Assembly: GCA_051439505.1 (NCBI GenBank) | Contig: JBFRWI010000051.1 | Location: 1 to 49,516 of the forward strand | DNA: 49,516 nucleotides | Direction of reading: 5' to 3' | From: Hormoscilla sp. | GTDB taxonomy: Bacteria; Cyanobacteriota; Cyanobacteriia; Cyanobacteriales; Desertifilaceae | In this document: positions 30,616 to 40,036 of the stretch, piece after piece | Layout of the letters: every line of letters begins with the position of its first letter | Position numbering within the stretch: the stretch's first letter is position 1 | Notes under the pieces: model-generated | What the model saw: the letters and a program-made list of their open reading frames with translations, nothing else | Told to the model about the DNA's origin: nothing | The model's database searches: none | Position numbers and translations under genes: made by a program

Positions 30616-30928
30616 TGAGACTTTTTAACTTGTGTTGAACTAGAGAAGGAATTGGAGTTTTAGCCTTCATTTCCAGGGCAAATGCTTCTCCCTCTTTAAT
30701 CTGTTGCCGAATTTCATCCATATTGTCGAAATAATACGCCAAAGCTGCATACACGTCAGCTAGAGTAATGGTGGGGTATTGGGACACGATCTCGTCAGGA
30801 CAAAGACCCATCCGTTCGTGCCAGATGACGATATCCTGCCAACGAATTTGTCGATGTCCGGCAATGCGCGGTTTGCCGCCGCATACCCCCGGCGTGATTT
30901 CGATATGTTCCTTAATTACTGATTCCAT
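30584..30928 (-). CDS. DUF433 antitoxin-like protein
   Basis: Motifs IEITPGVCGGKPRIAGHR and YPTITLADVYAALAYY. Confidence 0.88.
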   Translation of the reverse strand: MESVIKEHIEITPGVCGGKPRIAGHRQIRWQDIVIWHERMGLCPDEIVSQYPTITLADVYAALAYYFDNMDEIRQQIKEGEAFALEMKAKTPIPSLVQHKLKSLNGTNVRIPLG

Positions 30929-31020
30929 AGTTCTACTGCTTCCTTTGCTAATGACCGATCGCATCGATCCGATTCTAACTTAAAAGCAGTAATGGTGGGC
31001 GATCGCCTGCTATTTTAGTT

Positions 31021-31752
31021 TTAGCTAGCAGACTGCATCTCTAAAGCTTGTCGTTGCGCTGCTAACAATTGCTCGATGCCTATTTCTGCCACATCCAGCA
31101 TCCCATTTAACTGCTGACGGCTAAAACTGCCCGATTCGCCAGTCCCCTGGATTTCAATCATCTCCAATTGTTCGTTCATTACCACATTGAAATCTACCTC
31201 AGCTTCCACATCTTCGGCATAGTTTAAGTCCAAAACTGGCTCGCCCTGCAACAGTCCTACCGAAACAGCAGCAATTTGGTGGCAAATGGGCGATCGGGCC
31301 AAAACACCCTGCCGTACCAATTTTGCCACAGCATCGCTCAAGGCCACAAATCCACCCGTAATCGCGGTAGTGCGCGTCCCCGCATCCGCCTGCAAAACAT
31401 CCGCATCTACTGTCAAAGTAAATGAGTCCAAGGCTGTTAAATCTAAAGCAGCCCTCAAGCTGCGTCCAATCAGTCGCTGAATCTCCTGAGTACGTCCCGA
31501 AAGCTTGAGAAATTCTCTAGCTTGTCGCTGGGGCGTCGCACTGGGAAGCATGCGGTATTCAGCCGTCAGCCACCCCTTACCAGAGTCTACCAGAAACTTA
31601 GGCACCTTCTCTTCCACCGTTACCGTACAGAGAACTTTAGTATTGCCACAGCTAGCTAACACCGAACCTGCAGCAAATCGAGTAAATTCTCGCTGAAAAT
31701 GAATCGGACGCAATTGCTTTAATTGACGACCATCGGGACGTTGCCAAGACAT
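31021..31752 (-). CDS. rph: Ribonuclease PH
   Basis: Motifs [37 protein letters not shown] and EIQGTGE. Confidence 0.97.
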   Translation of the reverse strand: MSWQRPDGRQLKQLRPIHFQREFTRFAAGSVLASCGNTKVLCTVTVEEKVPKFLVDSGKGWLTAEYRMLPSATPQRQAREFLKLSGRTQEIQRLIGRSLRAALDLTALDSFTLTVDADVLQADAGTRTTAITGGFVALSDAVAKLVRQGVLARSPICHQIAAVSVGLLQGEPVLDLNYAEDVEAEVDFNVVMNEQLEMIEIQGTGESGSFSRQQLNGMLDVAEIGIEQLLAAQRQALEMQSAS

Positions 31753-31768
31753 TGATTTAACCTCAAAA

Positions 31769-32320
31769 TTATGAAGACAGTTTCGCTAAAATTTCTTGCT
31801 GAACCTGGTCCGGCATCTGGTCGCCGTTAATCTTCAACAGCCGCTGACGCCAGTCATAATACTCCATCATCGGCATCGTGCGATCGTAGAATAATTGGAT
31901 GCGACGCTGTATCACCTCCGAGCGATCGTCCGCACGCGATCGGCCCAAGCAGCGTTCGATCGTCACCGCTTCGGGCACGTCTAGCCAAATGGCCCAATTG
32001 AGCTGTTGCTGCAACTTCTCTAACAAGAAATCTAACTCCTCCGCCTGAAAAGCCGTGCGGGGATAGCCCTCCAACAGCCAACTGGAAGTTATGTCAGCCA
32101 TCTGTAGCCGGTTGCTAATAAATTTAATCATCGTGCGATCGGGCACCAACTCCCCTTTTTCCACATAGGGTTGTGCTTGGCGTCCCAACTCCGTTTGAGC
32201 CGCGATCGCCTCCCGTAACATGTCTCCAGTCCCAATCAAAGGAATATGGAGGTCATTACATAGCCGCCTGGCCTGAGTGCCCTTGCCCGCCCCAGGCCCT
32301 CCCAGTATCACCAATCTCAC
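31769..32320 (-). CDS. adk: Adenylate kinase family protein (short LID, second paralogue type)
   Basis: Motifs [26 protein letters not shown] and RADD. Confidence 0.85.
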   Translation of the reverse strand: MRLVILGGPGAGKGTQARRLCNDLHIPLIGTGDMLREAIAAQTELGRQAQPYVEKGELVPDRTMIKFISNRLQMADITSSWLLEGYPRTAFQAEELDFLLEKLQQQLNWAIWLDVPEAVTIERCLGRSRADDRSEVIQRRIQLFYDRTMPMMEYYDWRQRLLKINGDQMPDQVQQEILAKLSS

Positions 32321-32629
32321 GCGCCCTTGTCCTCCCTACTGCTGGTGGGCGGTGCCCACCCCACAAAGCTATTTTGCCATCAAAATTAGATTTTCTGCTA
32401 TTGGCTTTTGGGCCACTGCTCGACTCCCGAGCCGATCTTGGCCCCTACCCATATCTAGTGTGAATTCTCGATTAATTTCCCCCAAAAACACTATATATTG
32501 ATATATTAGTGTGGGCCGATGACAGCAGACTACTGCCCAGTGTAAGCAAGAAAGGGATTATATCAGATTTGATTTACCCTGTCAAGCATATACTTACCAT
32601 CGGTCCTGTTATCGATTGGAAGTTGTTAC

Positions 32630-33166
32630 ATGGTCTCACAGTTAGAAACCCCAGCCCTCAACCTGGAACGGCCAATAATCCCGAAAGTTGAAGGACTGGT
32701 GCAAATTTTCACAGGCTCCCAGCGCAGCTTTTTCACCGGCGTCATGGCACAAGCCCTGAGAATTGCCGGTCAGGGTATGCCAGTGCTGGTGGTGCAGTTT
32801 CTCAAAGGCGGTATCGGTCAAGGTCCGGAACGTCCGGTTCAGTTAGGGCAAAACTTAGACTGGGTGCGCTGCGACTTACCTCGCTGCATTGACAGCCCCC
32901 AGATAGATGAAGTGGAAACTTCCTGCTTACAGCAGCTATGGGACTGGACTCAAGAAATCATTTTCACTGGCAAATATTCCCTGGTAGTTCTGGATGAATT
33001 AAGCTTGGCCATTAAGTTGGGTCTGATTCCAGAACCAGAGGTGTTAGCCTTGCTAGAAAAGCGTCCACCTCATATTGACATCATCTTGACTGGACCGGAA
33101 ATGCCCCCAGTGCTTTTAGACGTGGCCGACCAAATCACGGAAATTCGTCGCAGTCACCGGCCCTAA
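32630..33166 (+). CDS. CobO/BtuR-like P-loop protein with degenerate Walker A
   Basis: Motifs VQFLKGG, LVVLDEL, IILTG and ADQITE. The GxGKGKT motif is replaced by TGSQRSFF. Confidence 0.8.
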   Translation: MVSQLETPALNLERPIIPKVEGLVQIFTGSQRSFFTGVMAQALRIAGQGMPVLVVQFLKGGIGQGPERPVQLGQNLDWVRCDLPRCIDSPQIDEVETSCLQQLWDWTQEIIFTGKYSLVVLDELSLAIKLGLIPEPEVLALLEKRPPHIDIILTGPEMPPVLLDVADQITEIRRSHRP

Positions 33167-33215
33167 GATCCTTGTCAGTTGTCTGTTTTAACTCACCGGA
33201 ATGCACCTGTCGCAA

Positions 33216-33351
33216 TAGCCCGCCGAGGGTTTTAACCCTCGTGTAAAAGCTCAAGTCCACAAAGCGTGGACTAACCGCCTTCTCCATAAGGTTTTCAGTC
33301 GGTTTTAACCGACTTTAGCTATTAGCCGGGGGTTTGAACCCCCGGCGGGCT
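33216..33351. repeat. REP/MITE-like element, family D, full copy
   Basis: Terminal inverted repeats TAGCCCGCCG...CGGCGGGCTA enclose four hairpins. Lies between convergent genes. Confidence 0.75.
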
Positions 33352-33372
33352 AACAGCGAAGTGAGGGAATTA

Positions 33373-33942
33373 CTAACCACAATTATCCCTTTTAACCGAA
33401 GTAGGATGAAGTAGGGATGAAGCTGCTCTTTTAGCAGTAGCTTCATCGAGGCAAATTTGTTTCAGGGTAACTAAGCCATCCGAAACAAAAGAATCTCTCA
33501 CCAAGGCTTTTTCTCCACTGTTGAAAATACTTTCATAGAAAACTTCATGAATTCCTGCAGAAATAATTAACTTCAAGCAATAGAGGCAAGGTTCTAAGGT
33601 AACGTAAATACTGGCACCATCTGTGGAAATTCCGTGCTTGGCTGCTTGAGCGATCGCATTAGCCTCAGCATGAACGGCGCGGGAGGGCATACTTTTACTA
33701 GCATCACAGCTACTCAGTCCCGGATAGCAATAACCCTGAGCCGTACAATGAACTGAACCAGATGGGGAACCATTGTAACCCGTTGCCAGCACTTGCCGAT
33801 CTTTAACTATGACCGCCCCCACGGGAAAAGCGAGACAAGTGGAACGAGTAGCTGCCAGTTTCGCCAACATCAGGAAATACTCGTCCCAGGTCGGTCTTTC
33901 TGCTTCCATATTTACGATCTTATCCTGTACCAAATAATTCAT
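33373..33942 (-). CDS. dCMP deaminase family protein
   Basis: Motifs RPTWDEYF, ATRSTC, TGYNG, HAEANA and PCLYC. Start overlaps the upstream stop (ATGA); alternative ATG at 33909. Confidence 0.92.
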   Translation of the reverse strand: MNYLVQDKIVNMEAERPTWDEYFLMLAKLAATRSTCLAFPVGAVIVKDRQVLATGYNGSPSGSVHCTAQGYCYPGLSSCDASKSMPSRAVHAEANAIAQAAKHGISTDGASIYVTLEPCLYCLKLIISAGIHEVFYESIFNSGEKALVRDSFVSDGLVTLKQICLDEATAKRAASSLLHPTSVKRDNCG

Positions 33943-35432
33943 GAGAGTGGTTTATCCTGTTCGTAGACCTGTTTCCTAGACAAAGCGATCTCGGCCTTTT
34001 GCAACTCCGTGCCCAAGTACAGGGCATGTTCCACCTGCATCCCCGGACAGTCTGCGGCAATTTGCCGATAAAGTGAAAGGGCGGATCTGCCCTCATAACG
34101 GTTAACTACCTCTCCCAAACCAGGTGTCATCTGTTCTACCAGGATTTTACCCGACTGCACGGTAATGACAAAATTCCCGGTAGGATCGTGATAGTCTCGT
34201 TGCTGACATATTTTAGCATATTGGGTTTTAATCAGCCCATCGGCATTTTCAAAAGTATCGTCATATAGATGAGCGCTTTGACTTACAGTCATCAACGGTC
34301 CCATCTTCAGGTTATAATCGGAACGAGAGGCGATCGCATCTCGGATATATTGCTGCAAAGCCCGTAACCCGATCGCATTTGCCGGCCAAGCCATATACAT
34401 ATCATTACTGCGAATGGTGGCCGTCAAGGACAATTCCCCATTGACAACCCTGACCCAAATATGATTCAAGCAAGGGCTACCACCCTTTTCGTGGTCCTGC
34501 ACGTCCCAGAGTGACATGACTGCGCTGGCCGCGTCAATTTCTCCAATTAATTTAGCAATAACCTGCTCGATTTGGTCTCGTTCAAACCAGGACCGCAAGC
34601 GTTGACCGTAAGTATATTTTACTCCTTCCCGGTAGGGAGCATCATCTAAAATTTGTGGAATGTACTCTTGGATAAAGGCCCGGTCTACAGGCAAATAATT
34701 TGGTTCGGGAAAATAGAAATCCCGGGGTTCGGACGTCACCACAGCCATCAGATCGATTAACTCTTGCCATTGACCGTCATAACCCGTAGGTCGCAAGGTT
34801 CCCGTAGTTCTAATCCTGTGAATAATCTTTACCCAAGTTTGGGCGATCGTCTGCCCTTCTATTCTATGTCCGTAACGGGGTCCAGGCAATATCTTACTCT
34901 CGATTTCAGTCAGAGTAAATTCCTGGGGCGAACCCCAAGGTGGAACTACACCCCGTTGGGAGTATAACTTAACTTGACTGACTGCCTCAGAGATTGACGA
35001 TACCTCTTGCCATTCTATGGACTCTCGCAGTTGAAGTAGTATACTAGCATCAATTTCTCGATCGATGTAGCCAGGGATAGGAGAATTAATCAGCCAACAG
35101 GGGCGATTTGTATCGCTTCTGCCTTCTGTAAACCCGTTGCGGAAGAAATCCAACAAACAGATTATCCCACCAGCATTGCGATCTTCCTTAGTAGCATTTA
35201 GTGCGACTAAGAAACGCACGTGGGGATTCGCCAACCAATTCCTGATTAGCAGACTAATGCCCCTTGTCGGGCTGTACAACTGGCCAATTACAGCAAATTC
35301 AGCCACATGCAAGTGCTTGGCAACTGCTTGCTTGACAGTCCACCCCGTAACTACCGCAGTTTGTCCCGTACCGTAAATCAGTTGATTGGGTTTGTATAGT
35401 GCCTTATACTGAAATTGGGTGGTTGCAGTCAT
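33939..35432 (-). CDS. thyA: Thymidylate synthase (ThyA-like) with N-terminal MtrA-like and C-terminal DUF4346-like domains
   Basis: Core motifs YTYGQRL, SPCL, RSND...PAN and SAHLY. N-terminal GQLYS..GISLLIRN.LANP. C-terminal DPTGNFVI...HALYLGTELQKAE. Confidence 0.82.
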   Translation of the reverse strand: MTATTQFQYKALYKPNQLIYGTGQTAVVTGWTVKQAVAKHLHVAEFAVIGQLYSPTRGISLLIRNWLANPHVRFLVALNATKEDRNAGGIICLLDFFRNGFTEGRSDTNRPCWLINSPIPGYIDREIDASILLQLRESIEWQEVSSISEAVSQVKLYSQRGVVPPWGSPQEFTLTEIESKILPGPRYGHRIEGQTIAQTWVKIIHRIRTTGTLRPTGYDGQWQELIDLMAVVTSEPRDFYFPEPNYLPVDRAFIQEYIPQILDDAPYREGVKYTYGQRLRSWFERDQIEQVIAKLIGEIDAASAVMSLWDVQDHEKGGSPCLNHIWVRVVNGELSLTATIRSNDMYMAWPANAIGLRALQQYIRDAIASRSDYNLKMGPLMTVSQSAHLYDDTFENADGLIKTQYAKICQQRDYHDPTGNFVITVQSGKILVEQMTPGLGEVVNRYEGRSALSLYRQIAADCPGMQVEHALYLGTELQKAEIALSRKQVYEQDKPLS

Positions 35433-35489
35433 GGTTTGTCACAATTGTCCACAAGCTGCTAATATAGCATAAACTGTAGCGAGGAACAG

Positions 35490-36041
35490 ATGAATATTCA
35501 AAAAATAACGATATCGGCAGGTGCGGCCCTGGCAGTATTGCTGCCGATCGCCGCTCCCGCAATTGGTCAGCCAGTTGAGGGCAGGGGTGGGGATGAACTG
35601 ACCCAAGAGCAACTGGTGAGCCAGAGGTCTGGCAGAGAGCAAGTCGTCAGTGGCAAGATCGTAGAGATTGTCGGCGATCTGGTGAAGCTGAACCTGGACA
35701 ACGGCAGGGCGGGGGTCATCTCTATGTGCTGGCAAGAAAGAGGAGCCCAGGGCATAGTAGTTGGCATGAGGATTTCTGCTACCTTGGAGGGTCGGAGTAT
35801 AGTCGCTGTAAGTCGAGAAGTGATAACATCACAACGGATTGCTTCGAGCAGTCTCCTACAAAGAGTACGACAAGTCAGACGCCAGCTACAGCGGACTCAG
35901 AGAACTCCACAGCGTGGTTTCACCACACCCCCTCGGCAGCGGATCCCACAGGTTCCCCAGAGGGTTCGTCCTCAAGTGCCCGCACTGACCGTACCGCTAG
36001 CACCAGCTGCACCAGGCAGACCTGTAAGAGCACTTTGGTAA
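35490..36041 (+). CDS. Secreted hypothetical protein with Arg/Pro-rich tail
   Basis: Signal-peptide-like N-terminus, small beta domain, ends in PVRALW. Confidence 0.7.
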   Translation: MNIQKITISAGAALAVLLPIAAPAIGQPVEGRGGDELTQEQLVSQRSGREQVVSGKIVEIVGDLVKLNLDNGRAGVISMCWQERGAQGIVVGMRISATLEGRSIVAVSREVITSQRIASSSLLQRVRQVRRQLQRTQRTPQRGFTTPPRQRIPQVPQRVRPQVPALTVPLAPAAPGRPVRALW

Positions 36042-36201
36042 TTGCCCATTGCCAATTGGAAGGGTTCGATTAATCGCAATTGAGAAACCAGGTAAGAAGC
36101 GCGCAGCCCGTTAAAAACCTGGTTTCGGCGTTGCTAGCGAATCAGGAATCACCACTGCTATCAATTTGTAATAACTTGATGCACTCTGGAGGATTTTCAA
36201 A

Positions 36202-36813
36202 ATGGGATACAGTAGCTTTAACCTCTCTGAAATAGTAAAGAAATTTGATTTAAAAGTTAACCGAGAACAGAACTTATTTGGCTTCATTCCCGAAGTCACA
36301 TACAGCGAGTATCTCCAATTTGTCTTGGATAACTACCTACCTCTAGCCATTGATATTAATACAGAGAAAGCGCGATCGGAAATGATAATCACACCTATAT
36401 TGCTAGAGTTAAAACAAGAAATCAAGCATAAAATTAGTCTGTTCTCGGGTAAAAACCTGACAGTAGATACTGAACAAGGACTAAATGGTGAATGTGATTA
36501 TATCATCAGTCTTTCTCCCGAACAGTTATTCATTCGGGCTCCAATTATTACCTTAGTAGAGGCGAAGAATGAAGATCTTATCGGAGGTTTGGGACAGTGT
36601 GTAGCGCAAATGTTGGCGGCACAAATATTCAACGAACGAGAAGAAAATAAAATTACTTCAGTTTATGGTGTGGTGACGACGGGAACAGCTTGGCGCTTTT
36701 TGAGATTGACCGATAGGAGGGTTGATATTGATACCCAAGAATATTATATCAGTAACGTTCCCAAAATTCTGGGAATTTTCCACAGCATAATATCCTCGGG
36801 AGAAGAGCGATAG
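36202..36813 (+). CDS. PD-(D/E)xK nuclease-fold hypothetical protein (cyanobacterial expanded family)
   Basis: Motifs EKARSE, GECDYII...VEAK, GQCVAQM and GVVTTGTAWRF. GGAGG ribosome-binding site. Confidence 0.75.
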   Translation: MGYSSFNLSEIVKKFDLKVNREQNLFGFIPEVTYSEYLQFVLDNYLPLAIDINTEKARSEMIITPILLELKQEIKHKISLFSGKNLTVDTEQGLNGECDYIISLSPEQLFIRAPIITLVEAKNEDLIGGLGQCVAQMLAAQIFNEREENKITSVYGVVTTGTAWRFLRLTDRRVDIDTQEYYISNVPKILGIFHSIISSGEER

Positions 36814-36820
36814 CCTCATG

Positions 36821-36898
36821 GTTCGTAGTAAGGACTTTAGTCCTGGCTCTCTGTAAACACTAAAGTGTTTACTACGAACCTTTAGGTTTACTACGAAC
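36821..36898. repeat. REP-like element, family A
   Basis: GTTCGTAGTAAGGACTTTAGTCCT...TTACTACGAAC between convergent genes. Confidence 0.8.
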
Positions 36899-36900
36899 CT

Positions 36901-37530
36901 TTAGCTATTTAGATCTACCACAAAACTCTGCATCAGATGCAAAACCTCTGGTCTAATCTCATGTCCCATGTTAAATTCTTGATACTTGACTGCTATGCCC
37001 AGCCCTGTTAAAGTATCTCTAGTACGTTGGGCAACCTCCAGAGGAACAATTGGGTCTTGTTTACCATGCACCATTAAAATAGGTGATATAGTCCGGTCAG
37101 CTAGCTGAGGTGCCGAATGCAAAAAGCCACTCAGAGAAACCAAACCTGCCAAGGGTAAAGTTAATCCCACATCCAGCGTCATGGCCCCACCTTGAGAAAA
37201 TCCCATCAAAATAGTGCTCGACAGGGGAACGCCCGTGCTATTCTCTAGAGACTGCAACCAATTTATGAGTAGCTGCTGACTTTCCGTTAAGCCCTGATAA
37301 TTCTGGCTTTCCAGGTCATACCACATCTTACCCCCAGGCACTTGGGGATGGCTAAAAGGAGCATCAGCAAAGAGGAATTGGTATTCGGGCAGGTTCAGCA
37401 TTGACGCTATTGGGGGCAAATCTTGCATATTGGCACCCCAACCATGTAAGCAGACCATTAACTTGCTTGGCGCTTGACCGTTGGCTGGTGGAATGGTAAT
37501 AAATTGTAAAGACAAGGCTTTTTCTCCCAA
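36901..37530 (-). CDS. Phospholipase/carboxylesterase (alpha/beta hydrolase)
   Basis: Motifs LHGWGAN, GFSQGG, HGKQDPIV and MGHEI. Alternative start at 37515. Confidence 0.92.
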   Translation of the reverse strand: MGEKALSLQFITIPPANGQAPSKLMVCLHGWGANMQDLPPIASMLNLPEYQFLFADAPFSHPQVPGGKMWYDLESQNYQGLTESQQLLINWLQSLENSTGVPLSSTILMGFSQGGAMTLDVGLTLPLAGLVSLSGFLHSAPQLADRTISPILMVHGKQDPIVPLEVAQRTRDTLTGLGIAVKYQEFNMGHEIRPEVLHLMQSFVVDLNS

Positions 37531-37606
37531 TAAATGTAGCTATATTTTTGACAAATTGTATTATCCTAGTGAAGGCACAATATGGATGATTCCTCTAACT
37601 ATAGCG

Positions 37607-39145
37607 ATGGCACCTCTAGCACTGCTGAGTACCTCTGATAAAACTGGACTGATTGACTTGGCCCGCGCTCTCGTGCAAGAATTTGGTTTCGATTTGATTA
37701 GCAGTGGTGGCACGGCGGCTACCCTGAAAGATGCTGGTTTACCCGTAACTAAAGTTGCTGACTACACTGGTTTTCCCGAAATTTTGGGCGGTCGGGTCAA
37801 AACTTTGCATCCTCGCATTCATGGTGGGATCCTGGCACGGCGGGATCTGGAACAGGATCGGGCTGATTTGTCAAGTCACGATATTCGCCCGATCGACTTG
37901 GTTGTCGTCAATCTCTATCCTTTTACACAGACGATCGCCCGAGATCATGTTACCTTACCAGAGGCGATCGAGCAAATCGATATTGGCGGACCGACTCTCC
38001 TGCGGGGGGCTGCGAAAAACTTCGCTCACCTGACTGTTTTGTGTAATCCTGCGGATTATAATGCCTATTTGCAGGAGTTGCGCGATCGGGGGGGAAAAAC
38101 TTCTCTGGAGTTTCGTCAAGGACGGGCGTATGCGGCATTTTCCCATACAGCGGAGTACGATCGGGCGATCGCCTCCTACCTAGGGGGTCAAGCAGCAGAG
38201 ACTCTACCGGAACAATTTACCCTCTCAGGACAAAAGCTGCAAGTGCTGCGCTACGGAGAGAACCCCCATCAACCGGCTGCTTGGTATGAAACTGGGACAA
38301 ATAAAAGTGGTTGGGCGGCAGCGACAAAACTGCAAGGCAAGGAACTGAGTTATAACAATTTAGTAGACTTAGAAGCGGCCCGTCGTTTGATTAGTGAATT
38401 TACAGACAGCCCAGCAGCAGCTGTCCTCAAGCATACCAATCCCTGTGGCGTCGCGTCGGCCAGTACCCTGTCAGAAGCTTACGAAAAAGCCTTCGCTGCT
38501 GACTCGGTATCCGCTTTTGGTGGTATAGTAGCCTTGAATCGGGCGATCGACGCCCCCACGGCCCAGCTGATGGTCCAGACATTTTTAGAATGCGTGGTGG
38601 CCCCGGACTGCGAACCAGATGCTATGTCTATTCTCGCGACGAAACCTAAATTGCGGGTATTGACCTTGCCGACTATGCATGAGGGGGTAGATCGGACTGT
38701 TAAAGCGATCGCGGGAGGTTTTCTGGTCCAGGGGTCGGACGAGGAGGTGGAGAACCCTCAAGCGTGGCAAGTGGCGACCGAGGCCAGACCTACCCCAGAG
38801 CAGATGGATGAACTGCTGTTTGCCTGGAAAGTGGTCAAGCATGTAAAATCAAATGCGATCGTCGTTACGCGCGATCGAACTACCCTGGGCATCGGGGCAG
38901 GTCAAATGAACCGCGTCGGTGCAGTAGAGATTGCCCTGAAACAGGCAGGGGACAAGGCCCAGGGGGGGATATTGGCTAGCGATGGCTTCTTCCCTTTCGA
39001 CGACTCCGTGCGTGCCGCCGCAGCTGCTGGCATTACCGCCATTATCCAGCCTGGGGGCAGCATCCGCGACAAAGATTCCATTTCCGCAGCTAATGAATTA
39101 GGATTGGTAATGGTCTTGACTGGAACGAGACATTTTTTGCATTAG
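37607..39145 (+). CDS. purH: Bifunctional AICAR transformylase/IMP cyclohydrolase
   Basis: Motifs GRVKTLHP, IDIGGP, LRYGENPHQ, KHTNPCG, SDGFFPF and IIQPGGS. Confidence 0.97.
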   Translation: MAPLALLSTSDKTGLIDLARALVQEFGFDLISSGGTAATLKDAGLPVTKVADYTGFPEILGGRVKTLHPRIHGGILARRDLEQDRADLSSHDIRPIDLVVVNLYPFTQTIARDHVTLPEAIEQIDIGGPTLLRGAAKNFAHLTVLCNPADYNAYLQELRDRGGKTSLEFRQGRAYAAFSHTAEYDRAIASYLGGQAAETLPEQFTLSGQKLQVLRYGENPHQPAAWYETGTNKSGWAAATKLQGKELSYNNLVDLEAARRLISEFTDSPAAAVLKHTNPCGVASASTLSEAYEKAFAADSVSAFGGIVALNRAIDAPTAQLMVQTFLECVVAPDCEPDAMSILATKPKLRVLTLPTMHEGVDRTVKAIAGGFLVQGSDEEVENPQAWQVATEARPTPEQMDELLFAWKVVKHVKSNAIVVTRDRTTLGIGAGQMNRVGAVEIALKQAGDKAQGGILASDGFFPFDDSVRAAAAAGITAIIQPGGSIRDKDSISAANELGLVMVLTGTRHFLH

Positions 39146-39154
39146 GAAATATAC

Positions 39155-39457
39155 ATGGAAAGTACAACAACACCACCGCAAGGTGAATCCAGGGATGTAA
39201 AAGTGACGATTCTCCTAGCGGGAGGACATCAGTATACTCTACCGATGAAATCAGATTCACAGTTGCTGTTGAATCTATTAAAGTTGGTTGCAGCTCAATC
39301 GGACCCGCAAAACCAGAATGTTTCCAGATTGCTACAACTGCCCATCAACGGGAAACAGCAAGCCTTGTGGTTTACGAGCCAAAATTTAATTGGGATAATC
39401 ACGGAACCGCCGATGTTTATGCAACCGCAGCAACAACAGCCTACTGCTGCAAGTTAA
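39155..39457 (+). CDS. Hypothetical protein
   Basis: 100-aa ORF 9 bp after the purH stop, with an AGGA ribosome-binding site. Confidence 0.7.
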   Translation: MESTTTPPQGESRDVKVTILLAGGHQYTLPMKSDSQLLLNLLKLVAAQSDPQNQNVSRLLQLPINGKQQALWFTSQNLIGIITEPPMFMQPQQQQPTAAS

Positions 39458-39461
39458 ACTG

Positions 39462-39711
39462 TCTGGGAGGTTCGTAGTAAACGCTTTAGCGTTTTCTGGG
39501 AGGTTCGTAGTAAACGCTTTAGCGTTTTCTGGGAGGTTTGTAGTAAACGCTTTAGCGTTTTCTGGGAGGTTTGTAGTAAACGCTTTAGCGTTTTCTGGGA
39601 GGTTCGTAGTAAACGCTTTAGCGTTTTCTGGGAGGTTTGTAGTAAACGCTTTAGCGTTTTCTGGGAGGTTCGTAGTAAACGCTTTAGCGTTGGCCCCGGG
39701 GTTCGTAGTAA
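39462..39711. repeat. Tandem array of 7 x 33 bp (TCTGGGAGGTTYGTAGTAAACGCTTTAGCGTTT) derived from REP family A
   Basis: Units start at 39462, 39495, 39528, 39561, 39594, 39627 and 39660, followed by a partial copy. Only one C/T position varies. Confidence 0.95.
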
Positions 39712-39786
39712 GTAGTCGTACAAAATTATTTTGATATTTGTGGGCAAGGGCGATCGCGCCGGGGACTTTGGGCGATCGAGCCCTAT

Positions 39787-39938
39787 TATAGCGTTTCTCA
39801 AATTGATGTGGTACAGCTAAATCGCCAATTTGTCATTGCGAGGGGGGGGGTACGTAGCGATCGACTTATGCTTTGTGAGCGAACCCCCCCGAAGCAATCT
39901 CCCCAACAGCATATCACGGCAATTTGAGAACTGCTATA
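39787..39938. mobile_element. MITE with TATAGC-type terminal inverted repeats and an internal family B REP
   Basis: TATAGCGTTTCTCAAATTG...CAATTTGAGAACTGCTATA. Internal TGTCATTGCGAG...GAAGCAATC. Confidence 0.7.
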
Positions 39939-40036
39939 AATAAGGCTTTCAGTGATTGAAATTAAATTCTCTGAACTTGACAGTTGGTAAAAATATCAAT
40001 CCGGATGCCACCTATGTACTTAAACGCAAAGGGCGT

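Noticed and set aside
39462..39711. CRISPR array
   Set aside because: Units are contiguous with no unique spacers, there are no cas genes in the window, and the unit matches a dispersed REP family.
39454..39801. 115-aa ORF (LKRLLRTSQKT)n as a real gene
   Set aside because: The open frame follows from the 33-bp unit length. It has no clear ribosome-binding site and its start lies within a MITE end.
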